The translations under genes and the position numbers were made by a program. The notes under the pieces are model-generated. The model saw only the letters and a program-made list of their open reading frames with translations. It ran no database searches and was not told the origin of the DNA. 64,000 nucleotides of DNA from an uncultured Actinomycetes bacterium (lineage in GTDB: Bacteria; Actinomycetota; Coriobacteriia; Anaerosomatales; PHET01), in assembly GCA_963700665.1 (NCBI GenBank), contig CAVOYK010000009.1:52324-116323 (forward strand), given 5' to 3'. This document shows positions 35,872 through 45,534 of the stretch, piece by piece; the stretch's first letter is position 1; each line of letters opens with the position of its first letter.

Positions 35872-37791
35872 CTACCCGGACCTCAGCACTCTGAGGTCGC
35901 CTTCTCGGCGAGTGACGCCCTGGGCGTCGAAGTACTCCAGCAACGGTATCGCGTACTTGCGGCTCACGCCGAGCACATCACGCAACTCAGCGGCGGTTGC
36001 ACCGGTGGGATGCTCCTCGAGGTAGCGAATCAGACCCGCCTTCGCGCCGTCCATCGCCGTGGCCGAGAAGTGGAGCTCGCTCGAGACCCGTACGACGGCG
36101 CCGTTGCTCACCAGTCGGCCCAAGACCTTGCGCGCGGTGCCCGCGTCGGCTCCCGCCTCGGCCGCCAACTCGGCCACACTAGCCGGAGCGAGGCCTTGGC
36201 TTTCGAGCAACGGTAGCAGTCGCGCCTCGGCCTGGGCCTCGGCCGCCAATGCACTCACTGCGGCCTTTGGATGGCGGACCCGGCCCTTCTCGGAGATCGC
36301 CACGCCGCGATCCTGGGCGACGCCGAGCACCGCGTCGAACGCCTTGGGTGAGAGACGCCGGTCGACTCGATCTCGAAGTGCCAGCGTTGCGATGCCCGTG
36401 GCCTTGGGGTCGGCCTCGTGGAACGAGACGAGCTCGGTGTCCACCTGACCGACGAGCCGGTCGAGCGCCTCGGGTGTGACGAACGCCGTCTCGCCTGCGA
36501 CCTTCACGCGCTCGAGCGTGGCCTTGTTGAGCTCGTCGGCAACCTGCGCCCTTGGCACCCCCAAAGCCGTGGCGACCTCGGCGCTGGTCATCGGCAGGCC
36601 GCGCGATGCCAGTAGCCCCACGCTTGCCGAGGACAGATCGTGTGCGAGCAGCGCATCGAGTAGTTCGCGTTCGTGCGCTCTCAAGACAGTGCGCCGAGGC
36701 GGCAGTGCGTCGAGCACGACTCCGCCACCGATGGTGTAGACCGGCGAGTAGCTCCGCACGATGAAGCGATCGTCGTACCTGGGCGCGAGCGGCTGCTCGA
36801 GCCGAACCTGGGCCAGCGCGCTAGCGCCGGGCACAAGCTTCGCGGCATCCATGAGCAGTACGCGGCCGAGCACCTCCCGCGTCCCGTGGTGGACGTGCAC
36901 GCGAGCGCCGGACTCGAACGGCCTGTCTTCGCCAGGCGTGCCGAGGTAGGTGAAGCGCGCATCGAAGCGGTCGGTGACGGTGAGCGTGCCCGGCGCGGCG
37001 ACGATGTCGCCACGGCGGATCTGGTCGCGCTCGATGCCCGTGACGTTCATGGCGACGCGCTGGCCCGCATGCGCGCGCTCCACCCCCTGCCCGTGAACCT
37101 GCACGCCTCGAACACGACCGCCCACGCGGCCCGGGTAGATCTCCACGGGATCGTCCTTGGCGGCGGACCCGGACCACATGGTGCCCGTGACCACGGTACC
37201 CGCACCGGCGATGGTGAAGACCCGGTCGACAGGCAGGCGCAGGGGGGAGTCCGCGTGTTTGCTCGGCGCATCCACGGCGACGGCGTCCAACGCCGCGAGC
37301 AGCTCGGGAAGACCGGCGCCGGTCTTGGACGACACGCCGACGATGGGCGCCCCCGCGATGGAGGTGCCCGCGAGTAGTTGCTCCACGTCCGAGCGAACGA
37401 GCGCGAGCCAGTCATCGTCGACGAGGTCGGCCTTGGTGAGCGCGACGACGCCCCGCTCGACGCCGAGCAGGTCGATGATGGCGAGATGCTCGCGCGTCTG
37501 CGGCATGACACCGTCGTCTGCCGCGATCACGAGCAGCACCACGTCGATGCCGGTCGCGCCGGCGACCATCTGACGCACGAACTTCTCGTGCCCTGGCACG
37601 TCGACCACGCCCATGGACCGGCCGCTGGGAAGCTCAAGGCGGGCGAAGCCCAGCTCGATCGTGATGCCGCGGTCCTGCTCCTCCTTCAAGCGATCCGGGT
37701 CGGTCCCGGTAAGCGCCTTGATCAAGGAGGACTTGCCGTGGTCGATGTGTCCTGCGGTACCGAGAACGAGCGAGGGCATGGGCGCACCCAA
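35872..37791 (-). CDS. selB: Selenocysteine-specific translation elongation factor SelB
   Basis: 639 aa, intact. GTPase motifs [21 protein letters not shown]. Long C-terminal winged-helix region ending [10 protein letters not shown]. Confidence 0.85.
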   Translation of the reverse strand: MGAPMPSLVLGTAGHIDHGKSSLIKALTGTDPDRLKEEQDRGITIELGFARLELPSGRSMGVVDVPGHEKFVRQMVAGATGIDVVLLVIAADDGVMPQTREHLAIIDLLGVERGVVALTKADLVDDDWLALVRSDVEQLLAGTSIAGAPIVGVSSKTGAGLPELLAALDAVAVDAPSKHADSPLRLPVDRVFTIAGAGTVVTGTMWSGSAAKDDPVEIYPGRVGGRVRGVQVHGQGVERAHAGQRVAMNVTGIERDQIRRGDIVAAPGTLTVTDRFDARFTYLGTPGEDRPFESGARVHVHHGTREVLGRVLLMDAAKLVPGASALAQVRLEQPLAPRYDDRFIVRSYSPVYTIGGGVVLDALPPRRTVLRAHERELLDALLAHDLSSASVGLLASRGLPMTSAEVATALGVPRAQVADELNKATLERVKVAGETAFVTPEALDRLVGQVDTELVSFHEADPKATGIATLALRDRVDRRLSPKAFDAVLGVAQDRGVAISEKGRVRHPKAAVSALAAEAQAEARLLPLLESQGLAPASVAELAAEAGADAGTARKVLGRLVSNGAVVRVSSELHFSATAMDGAKAGLIRYLEEHPTGATAAELRDVLGVSRKYAIPLLEYFDAQGVTRREGDLRVLRSG

Positions 37792-38001
37792 TCTGGTCGA
37801 CCTGCGGATTCGCGTAGCGTATCAGGAAAGACCGTTCGCCGAGGAACGCTGCCGCAGCGTCGAGGTTGGCCAGCACGCAAAGCCTTCTCGGATGTCGTAC
37901 CATTGACCGGCGTACCGCACGTGCAATGCGCGTTGGGGTCGAACGGGTCTCGGGGCCCGACTGTGGCCGCCGTCCACATACACCTGCTCAGGAGGTTGCC
38001 T

Positions 38002-38522
38002 GTGTCGAAACGAGTGATGCTGAGTCTTGCGATCGTGCTTGCCCTGCTTGGTCTCATCTTCGCGGCCGGCTGTAGCGCCACGCCCGCCGAAGAGACCCAG
38101 GAGCCACCCGCCGTACAGACAGAGCCGGAGCAACCGGCGGCCGAACCACCGGCGGCGAACCGGCGTTCCCTCAGTCACAGGCAGAGCTGGACCAGACCAC
38201 GGAACTCAAGATCGAGGACCTCGTGGAAGGGACCGGCGCCGAGGCCAAGACGGGCGACCTCGCAACCGTTCACTACACCGGCTGGCTGACGGACGGAACG
38301 AAGTTCGACTCCTCACTCGATTCGGGCCAGCCGTTCCAGTTCAAGATCGGCGAGGGCCGCGTGATACCGGGATGGGAAGAGGGCGTTGCCGGAATGAAGG
38401 TGGGCGGAACTCGCAGGCTCATCATCCCGCCCGATCTGGCCTACGGTGCCCAAGGTGCCGGCGGAGTCATCCCTCCCAACGCCGTCCTGGTCTTCGAGGT
38501 CGAACTGACAGGCGTCAACTAG
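38002..38522 (+). pseudogene. Lipoprotein FKBP-type peptidyl-prolyl cis-trans isomerase; 1 frame change near 38160
   Basis: GTG at 38002 follows AGGAGG. Sequence VSKRVMLSLAIVLALLGLIFAAGCS. The FKBP domain comes from ORF 38223..38522 (VHYTGWLTDGTKFDSS...GEGRVIPGWEEGVAGMKVGGTRRLIIPPDLAYG). Confidence 0.8.
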
Positions 38523-38618
38523 CGGTTCGATTCCGGTAAGCACCTCCCCGTACCGTCCCCCCATCGCCGGATCGCTGGCACGAGGCCAGTGACGGCGCGT
38601 CGCTTGGGGGGATGCGTC

Positions 38619-39417
38619 ATGAAGCGCTCGTTTGTTCGATTCACGCTTGCCACGCTGCTGTTGTTCTCGACTCTCACGGGCACGGCGAACGCCGCCAGCG
38701 CACGAAGCGGCGCCCTGCTCAACGAGCCCGGTCTCTCGGCCGAGAGCGAAGCTGGGATGCGTGAAGCGACCGCCCAGAAAGAAGCCGCGTACGGAATCGG
38801 GGGCGGCGGCGGGTTCCGCGCCCTGTCCTTGAACAAGTACGGGCTGCAGACCCGACCGGTCACGAACTACAAGCAGGAGAGAACGTACTGGTGCGGACCT
38901 GCATCCGTGCGTCAGAGCCTGAGCTTCCACCGGAAGGACAGCGGATCGGGTACGAGCCTTCCCTCGCAGACGACGCTTGCCAGCGAAGATCGGCACGACC
39001 AGTAGCGGAAGCTCGACCGCCGCGATGGCCTCCGCTCTCAACCGCTACAGCGGCATCTTCGGCACGGTCAGCTACATCGCCTCCGACATCACGAACACCT
39101 CGAACCCCTACGAGACGTTCGTGAACCGCGTCGGGACGATGCTGCGCTCGATCACCGTGAATGCCACAACGCCGATCATCCTTGCTCAGACCAAGTACAT
39201 CCCGCGCTACAAAGGCGTGTCTTCTCGGCACTACATGACGGTGTGCGGGATCAACGACAACGTGAGCCCCATGCAGATGCGCAGCGCGGACCCCCACTAC
39301 AGCAGCGCCTACTACGGCGTCCGGTGGGAGAACGTCGGGTCGACGAGCACCAACGGCCTGTGCAAAGCGTGCTACGAGGCGGATCGCGCAGGCACGAACA
39401 AGGCGATGGCATGGTAG
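38619..39417 (+). pseudogene. Secreted papain-like (C39-like) cysteine peptidase domain protein; 1 frame change near 38985
   Basis: Signal peptide MKRSFVRFTLATLLLFSTLTGTANA. Candidate catalytic Cys context ERTYWCGPASV. Continues in ORF 38977..39417 (SRHYMTVCGIND). Confidence 0.45.
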
Positions 39418-40457
39418 CCCGCCGCTGGCTTCGATGTTTGCTGGTCGCCTCGCTCGGCTTGATGGCGGCAGCGTCCGTCGGATGTGCGCAGCCCGGGGGC
39501 AGAACCGGCCACGCGAGGGCCGAGGACGCCGTCCCGTACACGGTCTCGACCGTGGAGCTGCCCTATCGCGCCTGCACCAAGCCGCAGAAGGTCGGCTCGA
39601 GCATCTACACGGCGGTGAGCCGTGGCCAGGACGAGGGAAGCTCCATCGTTCGCTACGACCTGGACTCGAAGCGCATCGAGACACTGGTCGAGACGCTGGA
39701 CCCTGATTCAATCGGCTGGTTCGTTGTCAACGAACGGTGGCTGGTGTGGAGCGTGGGGCGCCAGCTGTTCGCGCGCTCGCTCAGCACCGGCGACGACCAG
39801 CTGCTCTCCGAATCGCGTGACCTCTACGCCCCTGCGCTCTACGGCGACCTCGTCGCATGGGACGATCTGACCGAGCAGCGCACTCACCAGATCGTCGTTC
39901 GCGACCTGGCGAGCGGGGACTCCACGGTTGTAGCGCCTGTCGCACTCGCCGACCTGTACAACAACTTCCCGGCGTGGGACGAGGGTCGACTCGTGTGGAC
40001 CGACGTGGTCGACGGGATCGGCGTCTACCGTTCCTACGATTCGAGTAGCGGCATGATAGATGATCACGCCCTGACGGAGGGGGACTTTCGCTACCCTGGC
40101 TACGCGCAGGCCGCGGGAGAACGCATCTACTCGATCAACTTCGACCGGATAGGCGTATGGGACTGGGGGGTACAGCGCGTAGGCTACTTCTCGGTGCCTG
40201 AGCAGCGCTTCGTCCCGATCGTCCCCGAAGGCTTCGTAGCGAACTCGCTCGACGTTGCCGGCGGGCTTGTGGCGATCGTCGACAGCGAGCAGGAACTCAC
40301 CCTGCGGTCGATTGACGAGCCCCAAGGCACCATCTATCGCCCGGTTGGCGGGAGAGTCGACTTCGTCCAAGTCTCTTGGGACGGCACGCTCATCGCGTGG
40401 CGAGAAGCGGCCACCGACTCCGGGCGCTGCCGGTTGTTCCTTATCGAGAAGTCCTGA
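39411..40457 (+). CDS. Lipoprotein, probable beta-propeller-like repeat protein
   Basis: ATG at 39411, MVARRWLRCLLVASLGLMAAASVGC lipobox. Recurring WLVWS / LVAWDD / RLVWTD / LIAWRE strands. Confidence 0.4.
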   Translation: MVARRWLRCLLVASLGLMAAASVGCAQPGGRTGHARAEDAVPYTVSTVELPYRACTKPQKVGSSIYTAVSRGQDEGSSIVRYDLDSKRIETLVETLDPDSIGWFVVNERWLVWSVGRQLFARSLSTGDDQLLSESRDLYAPALYGDLVAWDDLTEQRTHQIVVRDLASGDSTVVAPVALADLYNNFPAWDEGRLVWTDVVDGIGVYRSYDSSSGMIDDHALTEGDFRYPGYAQAAGERIYSINFDRIGVWDWGVQRVGYFSVPEQRFVPIVPEGFVANSLDVAGGLVAIVDSEQELTLRSIDEPQGTIYRPVGGRVDFVQVSWDGTLIAWREAATDSGRCRLFLIEKS

Positions 40458-40460
40458 CAA

Positions 40461-40488
40461 GGCCGTGGCGTCCCGGCGCGCCACGGCC
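40461..40488 (+). terminator. Perfect 10-bp GC hairpin immediately after the lipoprotein stop
   Basis: GGCCGTGGCG-tcccggcg-CGCCACGGCC. No U-tract. Confidence 0.45.
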
Positions 40489-40567
40489 TCATCCCTCGGC
40501 CGACGCAGCACGGTGGTGACACAATGGTCGGTGCGTCACGGAGTCTGACCACGACCACATCGGAGAG

Positions 40568-41146
40568 ATGGTGGAGACCGAGCGGCAGCGTGTCGAGAGA
40601 GTGACACGAGAGCGCATCGCGATCGCAGAGTACGACGAGAGCTGGCCCGCGCTCTTCGAGCGGGAGCGGCGCCACCTGCTGACATGCCTTCCTGACGACG
40701 TCATCGTCCGGATCGAGCACTTCGGCAGCACGGCGGTCCCCGGACTCGCGGCGAAGCCGATCGTCGACATGCTTGTCGAGGTGCGCGACCTTCAGGCCGT
40801 CAAGGACAGAGTCGTCCCGATTCTCGAAGCGCAGGGCTACGAGTACTTCTGGCGCCCGAGCTTCGGAGATGACGGCGAGCCGTTCTACGCGTGGTTCATC
40901 AAGCGCGACCAGCGCACGGGTGAGCGCACGCACCACATCCACATGGTCGAGGGGAGCTTCACGGAACACTGGGACCGACTGCTGTTTCGCGACTACCTGA
41001 TCGAGAACCCCGAGACGGCCGCCCGCTACGAGCGACTCAAGAGAGAGGCGGCTGCAGCCTCGCCCGACGACCGGGTCAGGTACACGCAGGACAAGACGCA
41101 GTTCATCACCGAAGTGACCGAGCAGGCGAAGCGGCGTCGGCCCTAG
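40568..41146 (+). CDS. GrpB-family protein (UPF0157)
   Basis: 192 aa, intact: IEHFGSTAVPGLAAKPIVDMLVEV and HHIHMVEGSFTEHWDRLLFRDYL. Confidence 0.7.
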   Translation: MVETERQRVERVTRERIAIAEYDESWPALFERERRHLLTCLPDDVIVRIEHFGSTAVPGLAAKPIVDMLVEVRDLQAVKDRVVPILEAQGYEYFWRPSFGDDGEPFYAWFIKRDQRTGERTHHIHMVEGSFTEHWDRLLFRDYLIENPETAARYERLKREAAAASPDDRVRYTQDKTQFITEVTEQAKRRRP

Positions 41147-41349
41147 TCACGCCGGGGCCGCTGCGGGCCACCTGCCGCTCGCGCGAGTACGAGCGCGAGA
41201 GGACCCAGCACGCGGAGATGGCCTGAGACGCCCGCTGGGTACCCGCGCGAGTGGGGTACTCTTGGGAAAGAACACGAATCGTCGAGAGCACGACCGCCAC
41301 GAATACGACGCCGCTGGACGCTCTCGGCCATCAAGAAGGGCAGCAAGGA

Positions 41350-41886
41350 ATGCGGACCAACATCGTGCTCACCCTGACCGGCCCCGATCGCGTAGGAATC
41401 GTCGAGGAGGTCACAAAGATCCTCTTGGCCGCCGATGCGAACGTAGAGACGAGCCGCATGGCGCACCTGGGCGGCGAGTTCGCGATTCTCATGCTGGTCG
41501 CTCTCCCCGCAGAGCAAAGCGCGGGAATCGACGAAGCCTTCGGCGGTCTTGTAGCCCAGGGCTACGTCGTCAGCACTCGCCCGACTCAGCAGTCCTACGC
41601 GCAGGCACACCCTGGCTGGGTCCCGTATCGCATCGAAGTGCGGGGGGCCGACCACGAGGGCATCATCCACGAGATCGCTCACGGCCTGTCCCAAAGCGGC
41701 ATCAACATCGAGTCGATGGAAACCGGCACGAGCCCGGCATCTGTCAGCGGCGCGCTGCTGTTCACGATGAGGGCGGTTGTTGCCGTTCCGACGCGTCTGG
41801 CCGACGGTAGCTGGATCTCCGATCTTGAGGAGGCGTGCCGGCAGGCGAACGTGGATGTGGTGATCGCGCCGGCCGACAGTGACTGA
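41350..41886 (+). CDS. Tandem ACT-domain protein (GcvR-like)
   Basis: ATG at 41350 follows AAGGA. Sequence MRTNIVLTLTGPDRVGIVEEVTKILL; second ACT domain YRIEVRGADHEGIIHEIAHGLSQSGINI. Confidence 0.6.
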   Translation: MRTNIVLTLTGPDRVGIVEEVTKILLAADANVETSRMAHLGGEFAILMLVALPAEQSAGIDEAFGGLVAQGYVVSTRPTQQSYAQAHPGWVPYRIEVRGADHEGIIHEIAHGLSQSGINIESMETGTSPASVSGALLFTMRAVVAVPTRLADGSWISDLEEACRQANVDVVIAPADSD

Positions 41887-41946
41887 GACGGACCTCGCTC
41901 TTCTCGCCGAGCACGCCTCTTTGTCCACGACCCCTTCGCCTGCGGG

Positions 41947-43344
41947 CTAGGGAGCGATCGCCCTGGAGAGTGCCGCAGCGACGAGCTCGTCCTCGCCTGT
42001 GACAAGCGTGCGCGGATCGAGCAGCAGACGACCGTCCTTGACTCGGGCCACGATCGCGGGCTCAGCGGCGAGTCGCAGACGCTCCTCGAGTTCGACCACG
42101 CTGACCGTGCGGGGAGCAACCGCTGCAACCGCCGTGGGAATGTCGGTGATCGGGAGAGCGCCGCCGCCGGCGCGTGCGATGTCATCGAGCACGACGACGT
42201 CTGCAGCATCGCCCACCGCCGAGCGGACCTTGTCGGCAAGGTGCTGTGCGAGCACGCGGCACTCTTCCAGCGGCATCGCCAGCATCCGCAGGGTCGGTAT
42301 CTCTCTGACGGCCTGCTCCTCGTCGAGATAGGCGCGCAGGGTGGCCTCAAGCGCCGCAAGCGTCATCTTGTCCAGCCGTAGCGCGCGGGCCATGGGGTGC
42401 TTCTTGAGGCGCTGGATCACGTCGAAGCGCCCCACCAGAATGCCCGCTTGCGGGCCCCCCAGGAGCTTGTCCCCGCTGCAGGTCACGACTGCAGCGCCCT
42501 GCGAGACGCTCTCGGCGACGGTGGGCTCGTACGGAAGTCCGTAGTGTCTGAGGTCGACAAGCACGCCAGAACCCTGGTCCTCCATCACCGGCACGCCGTG
42601 CGTAGCACCGAGCTCGGCCAGATCGCGCACTTCGACCTCGGCGGTGAAGCCGACGACTCGAAAGTTGCTCGAATGGACCTTGAGGAAGAGTCCCGTGCGC
42701 TCGGTCAGGGCCGACTCGTAGTCCGATAGGTGCGTCTTGTTCGTGGTCCCGACCTCGACCATCGTTGCTCCGGACTCGCGCATGATGTCGGGGATGCGGA
42801 ACGACCCGCCGATCTCGACGAGCTGTCCGCGACTCACTATCGCCTCTTTGTCGCGGGCGAGCGCGGCAAGCCCGATCATCACCGCTGCGGCGTTGTTGTT
42901 GACGGCCATGGCCGCCTCGGCACCGGTGAGCCGGCACAGCAGCTGTTCGCAGTGCACATGCCGGCTGCCGCGCTCGCCGCTTTCCACGTCGTACTCGAGA
43001 GTCGAGTAGTGCGTGGCAACCTCGTTGACCGCGCGCGAGGCAGCCTCGGAAAGTACGCTGCGGCCGAGATTGGTGTGCACGATGATGCCGGTGGCGTTGA
43101 CCACTCGCCTGAGAGACGGCCGCGACGCGAGGGCGGCCCTGCCAGCTGCATCTCGCGCAGCGTCTTGGGCTGAGTACTCGATCTGCTCGCCGCCGAGGAT
43201 GCGGGCCCGGGCGTCTTCGATCGCAGACCGCACGGCGTCGACCACCAAAGCGCGAGGCATACCCTCAAGCGAATCGGAGAGTTCCGGACGTGCGAGAACC
43301 TCGTCGGTCTTGGGGAGCGCCCTGAGCAGCGAGTTGGTGTCCAT
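41947..43344 (-). CDS. selA: L-seryl-tRNA(Sec) selenium transferase SelA
   Basis: 465 aa, intact: VVNATGIIVHTNLGRS...NNNAAAVM...SGDKLLGGPQAGI (PLP-Lys context). Confidence 0.85.
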   Translation of the reverse strand: MDTNSLLRALPKTDEVLARPELSDSLEGMPRALVVDAVRSAIEDARARILGGEQIEYSAQDAARDAAGRAALASRPSLRRVVNATGIIVHTNLGRSVLSEAASRAVNEVATHYSTLEYDVESGERGSRHVHCEQLLCRLTGAEAAMAVNNNAAAVMIGLAALARDKEAIVSRGQLVEIGGSFRIPDIMRESGATMVEVGTTNKTHLSDYESALTERTGLFLKVHSSNFRVVGFTAEVEVRDLAELGATHGVPVMEDQGSGVLVDLRHYGLPYEPTVAESVSQGAAVVTCSGDKLLGGPQAGILVGRFDVIQRLKKHPMARALRLDKMTLAALEATLRAYLDEEQAVREIPTLRMLAMPLEECRVLAQHLADKVRSAVGDAADVVVLDDIARAGGGALPITDIPTAVAAVAPRTVSVVELEERLRLAAEPAIVARVKDGRLLLDPRTLVTGEDELVAAALSRAIAP

Positions 43345-43415
43345 GCGCTCGATTCTACCCGAGCCGCAGCAGGAGCGGCTCGCCTTCAGGTACCCTCACC
43401 GTCGGAGGTGATTGT

Positions 43416-44027
43416 GTGGGACCCGTCATCATCGAGACGCAACGACTGAACCTGCGCGGATGGACCGCCGAGGACGTGCCGGCCTTCGTCGAGCTGTTCA
43501 GCCACTCGGACGTCAACCGCTTCATCAGTCGCGGAAGACCCGTCACCCCCAGCGAGGCGGCGACGTTCGTCGAGCGCTCCCAGCGCTTGCAGCACGAGCG
43601 CGGATGGTGCCGGTGGGCTATCGAGCCCAAGGAGGCCCCAGGAGAGATCGCCGGATTCTGCGGCGTCGGGTGCACCTTCGCCCCCGACGCGGAGCTCGGC
43701 TGGACCCTGAGGCGCGACCGGTGGGGACACGGGTTCGCCACCGAAGCCGCACGCGGCGCCCTTGCGTACGCGTTCGGAGTCATCGGTTTCACCGCGATGA
43801 TCTCGGCGATCGACCCTACGAACGCACGCTCACGAGCGGTCGCGGAACGCCTCGGCATGCGCGTTGTCGGCGAGATCGACTTCGAGGGCTCCGCGCTTCT
43901 GCGCTACGCCATCGACAACCCGCTGCCTGTGGGGGAATGCGATCCACGCTATCGGCGCGACTGCGAGGGAGAGACGCCGGGGAGCTCGCTCGCCCCGCCG
44001 GAAGCGCGGGGGGACACATCCGCCTAG
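43416..44027 (+). CDS. GNAT-family N-acetyltransferase (RimJ/RimL-like)
   Basis: 203 aa, intact: IETQRLNLRGWTAEDVPAF...RRDRWGHGFATEAARGALAYAF. Confidence 0.75.
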   Translation: MGPVIIETQRLNLRGWTAEDVPAFVELFSHSDVNRFISRGRPVTPSEAATFVERSQRLQHERGWCRWAIEPKEAPGEIAGFCGVGCTFAPDAELGWTLRRDRWGHGFATEAARGALAYAFGVIGFTAMISAIDPTNARSRAVAERLGMRVVGEIDFEGSALLRYAIDNPLPVGECDPRYRRDCEGETPGSSLAPPEARGDTSA

Positions 44028-44362
44028 CAGATCGTGACCACGTCGTCTGCGCTCAGAAGCCCGGCGACGCTGTCGGGCATCGTCCCTACCTCCCCGACAG
44101 CGATGCTGTCTTTGAGGTGCAGGAAGTCCAGACACGTGCCGCATGCTGTAACGACCACACCCTTCTCGGCGAGTAGTCGCAGATCGTCAAGCGAGTCGGA
44201 CCCCTCGCAAGCCAGGCGCACGCCCTCGTTCATCAGGACGATAGCCTTGGGAGTCGCGTCATTTCGCGCCAACGAGTACAGGAAGCTCTTCATCAGGATC
44301 CGCCCGAGTTCGGCGTCACCGCTGCCCAGGCGATCCGACAGGACAAGCATTCGTTTCGACAT
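44024..44362 (-). CDS. DsrE-like domain protein resembling the C-terminal domain of selenium-metabolism protein YedF
   Basis: ATG at 44362 follows GGAG. Sequence MSKRMLVLSDRLGSGDAELGRILMKSFLYSL...IVLMNEGVRLA...VTACGTCLD. It lies directly downstream of selD. Confidence 0.5.
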   Translation of the reverse strand: MSKRMLVLSDRLGSGDAELGRILMKSFLYSLARNDATPKAIVLMNEGVRLACEGSDSLDDLRLLAEKGVVVTACGTCLDFLHLKDSIAVGEVGTMPDSVAGLLSADDVVTIC

Positions 44363-44456
44363 ATGTGGCTCCATAGGTACTCGTGCCTGAACAGTATCCA
44401 TTCGGGTTGTAGTAGTCCTCACGACCACACGGCACCAAGCGCGTGCCATCCACCGG

Positions 44457-45500
44457 TCAGGACACGGTGATCGTGCCGGCAGGACCCGCGACCGCGCGCC
44501 CCACTCGGGCCGCCAGTACCCCACGGACCTCGAGGGCCACGCGCAGCTGATCGACCGCGTCTTCGCTCACGGCCATCAGGAGTCCGCCGCTCGTCTGGGG
44601 ATCGCACAGCACCCGCATCCACAGGTCGCGCTCCGCGGGATGCCGCCACTCGACGAAGTCGTCAGCCCACGCGACGACCTCGGCCGTCCGCCCGGGAACA
44701 ACGTCGCTCTGCGCCCATTCGAGCGCCCGCTCGAAGAGCGGGACCGACCCGAGCGCCATGTGCGCCGAGCAGCCACTTGCCGTCACCATCTCGTGAAGGT
44801 GGCCGAGAAGGCCGAAACCCGTGACGTCAGTCGCCGCATGAACGCCGATCTCGACCATCGCCTCGCACGCCGCCTTGTTGAGCGCAGCCATCGACTCGAT
44901 GACCTCGCGGGCGTCGTCCTCGTCGACGAGCCCGCGCTTGAGTGCGGTGCCCCATAGCCCGGTGCCGATGGGCTTCGTGAGCACGAACGCGTCCCCGGGT
45001 AGCACTCCCGTGTTGCGAACCACCTTGTCAGGGTGAACGACGCCAAAGACCGAGAGACCGAACTTGGGCTCCTTGTCGTCGATCGTGTGCCCGCCCACCG
45101 TGACCGCACCGGCTTCCGTGACCTTCTCGGCGCCTCCCCGAACGACCTCACCGACGATGTCAGGGCCCATCGAACAGGGGAACGCAAGCATGTTGAGGGC
45201 GGTCAGCGGCGTGCCCCCCATCGCGTAGATGTCGGACAGCGCGTTGGCGGCGGTGATGCGGCCGAAGTCGTAGGGGTCGTCCACGATCGGCGTGAAGAAG
45301 TCGACGGTGAGCAGCGCCGCAGTGTCGTCGCTCAACCGGTACACGGCGGCGTCGTCGCTGGTCTCGAAGCCGAGAATGAGCGCGTCCGAGTTGCCGGGCG
45401 CGATTCGGTCGAGCACTGCCTGCAGGTCCTCCGGACCCCACTTGGCTGCTCAACCGGCCTTGCTCGACATCTGTGTGAGCTTCACGCGCTCCGCGTCCAC
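44457..45500 (-). CDS. selD: Selenide, water dikinase SelD with in-frame UGA (selenocysteine) at 45452..45450
   Basis: The track ORF 44457..45416 starts at an internal GTG. Manual upstream translation in the same frame gives (GTG 45500) VDAERVKLTQMSSKAG-U-AAKWGPEDLQAVLDRIAPG. This is the G(C/U)xxK active-site loop of SelD. SD GGGGGAGG lies 6 nt before GTG 45500. Confidence 0.8.
45425..45452 (-). promoter_or_regulatory. UGA codon plus downstream hairpin (candidate bacterial SECIS)
   Basis: Twelve nt after the UGA lies GGUCC-GGA-GGACC (45437..45425). The flanking GCA...UGC could extend the stem. Confidence 0.4.
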
Positions 45501-45534
45501 GTCGCCTCCCCCCGTGACCTGGCAAGCCTCTCCA

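Noticed and set aside
37792-38001. A candidate location for tRNA-Sec (selC) in the 210-bp gap upstream of selB.
   Set aside because: On neither strand could I fold an anticodon loop with U-UCA-A or a T-arm of the GGTTCGA type. GGGGTCGAACGGG lacks matching stems. A covariance-model scan is still advisable.
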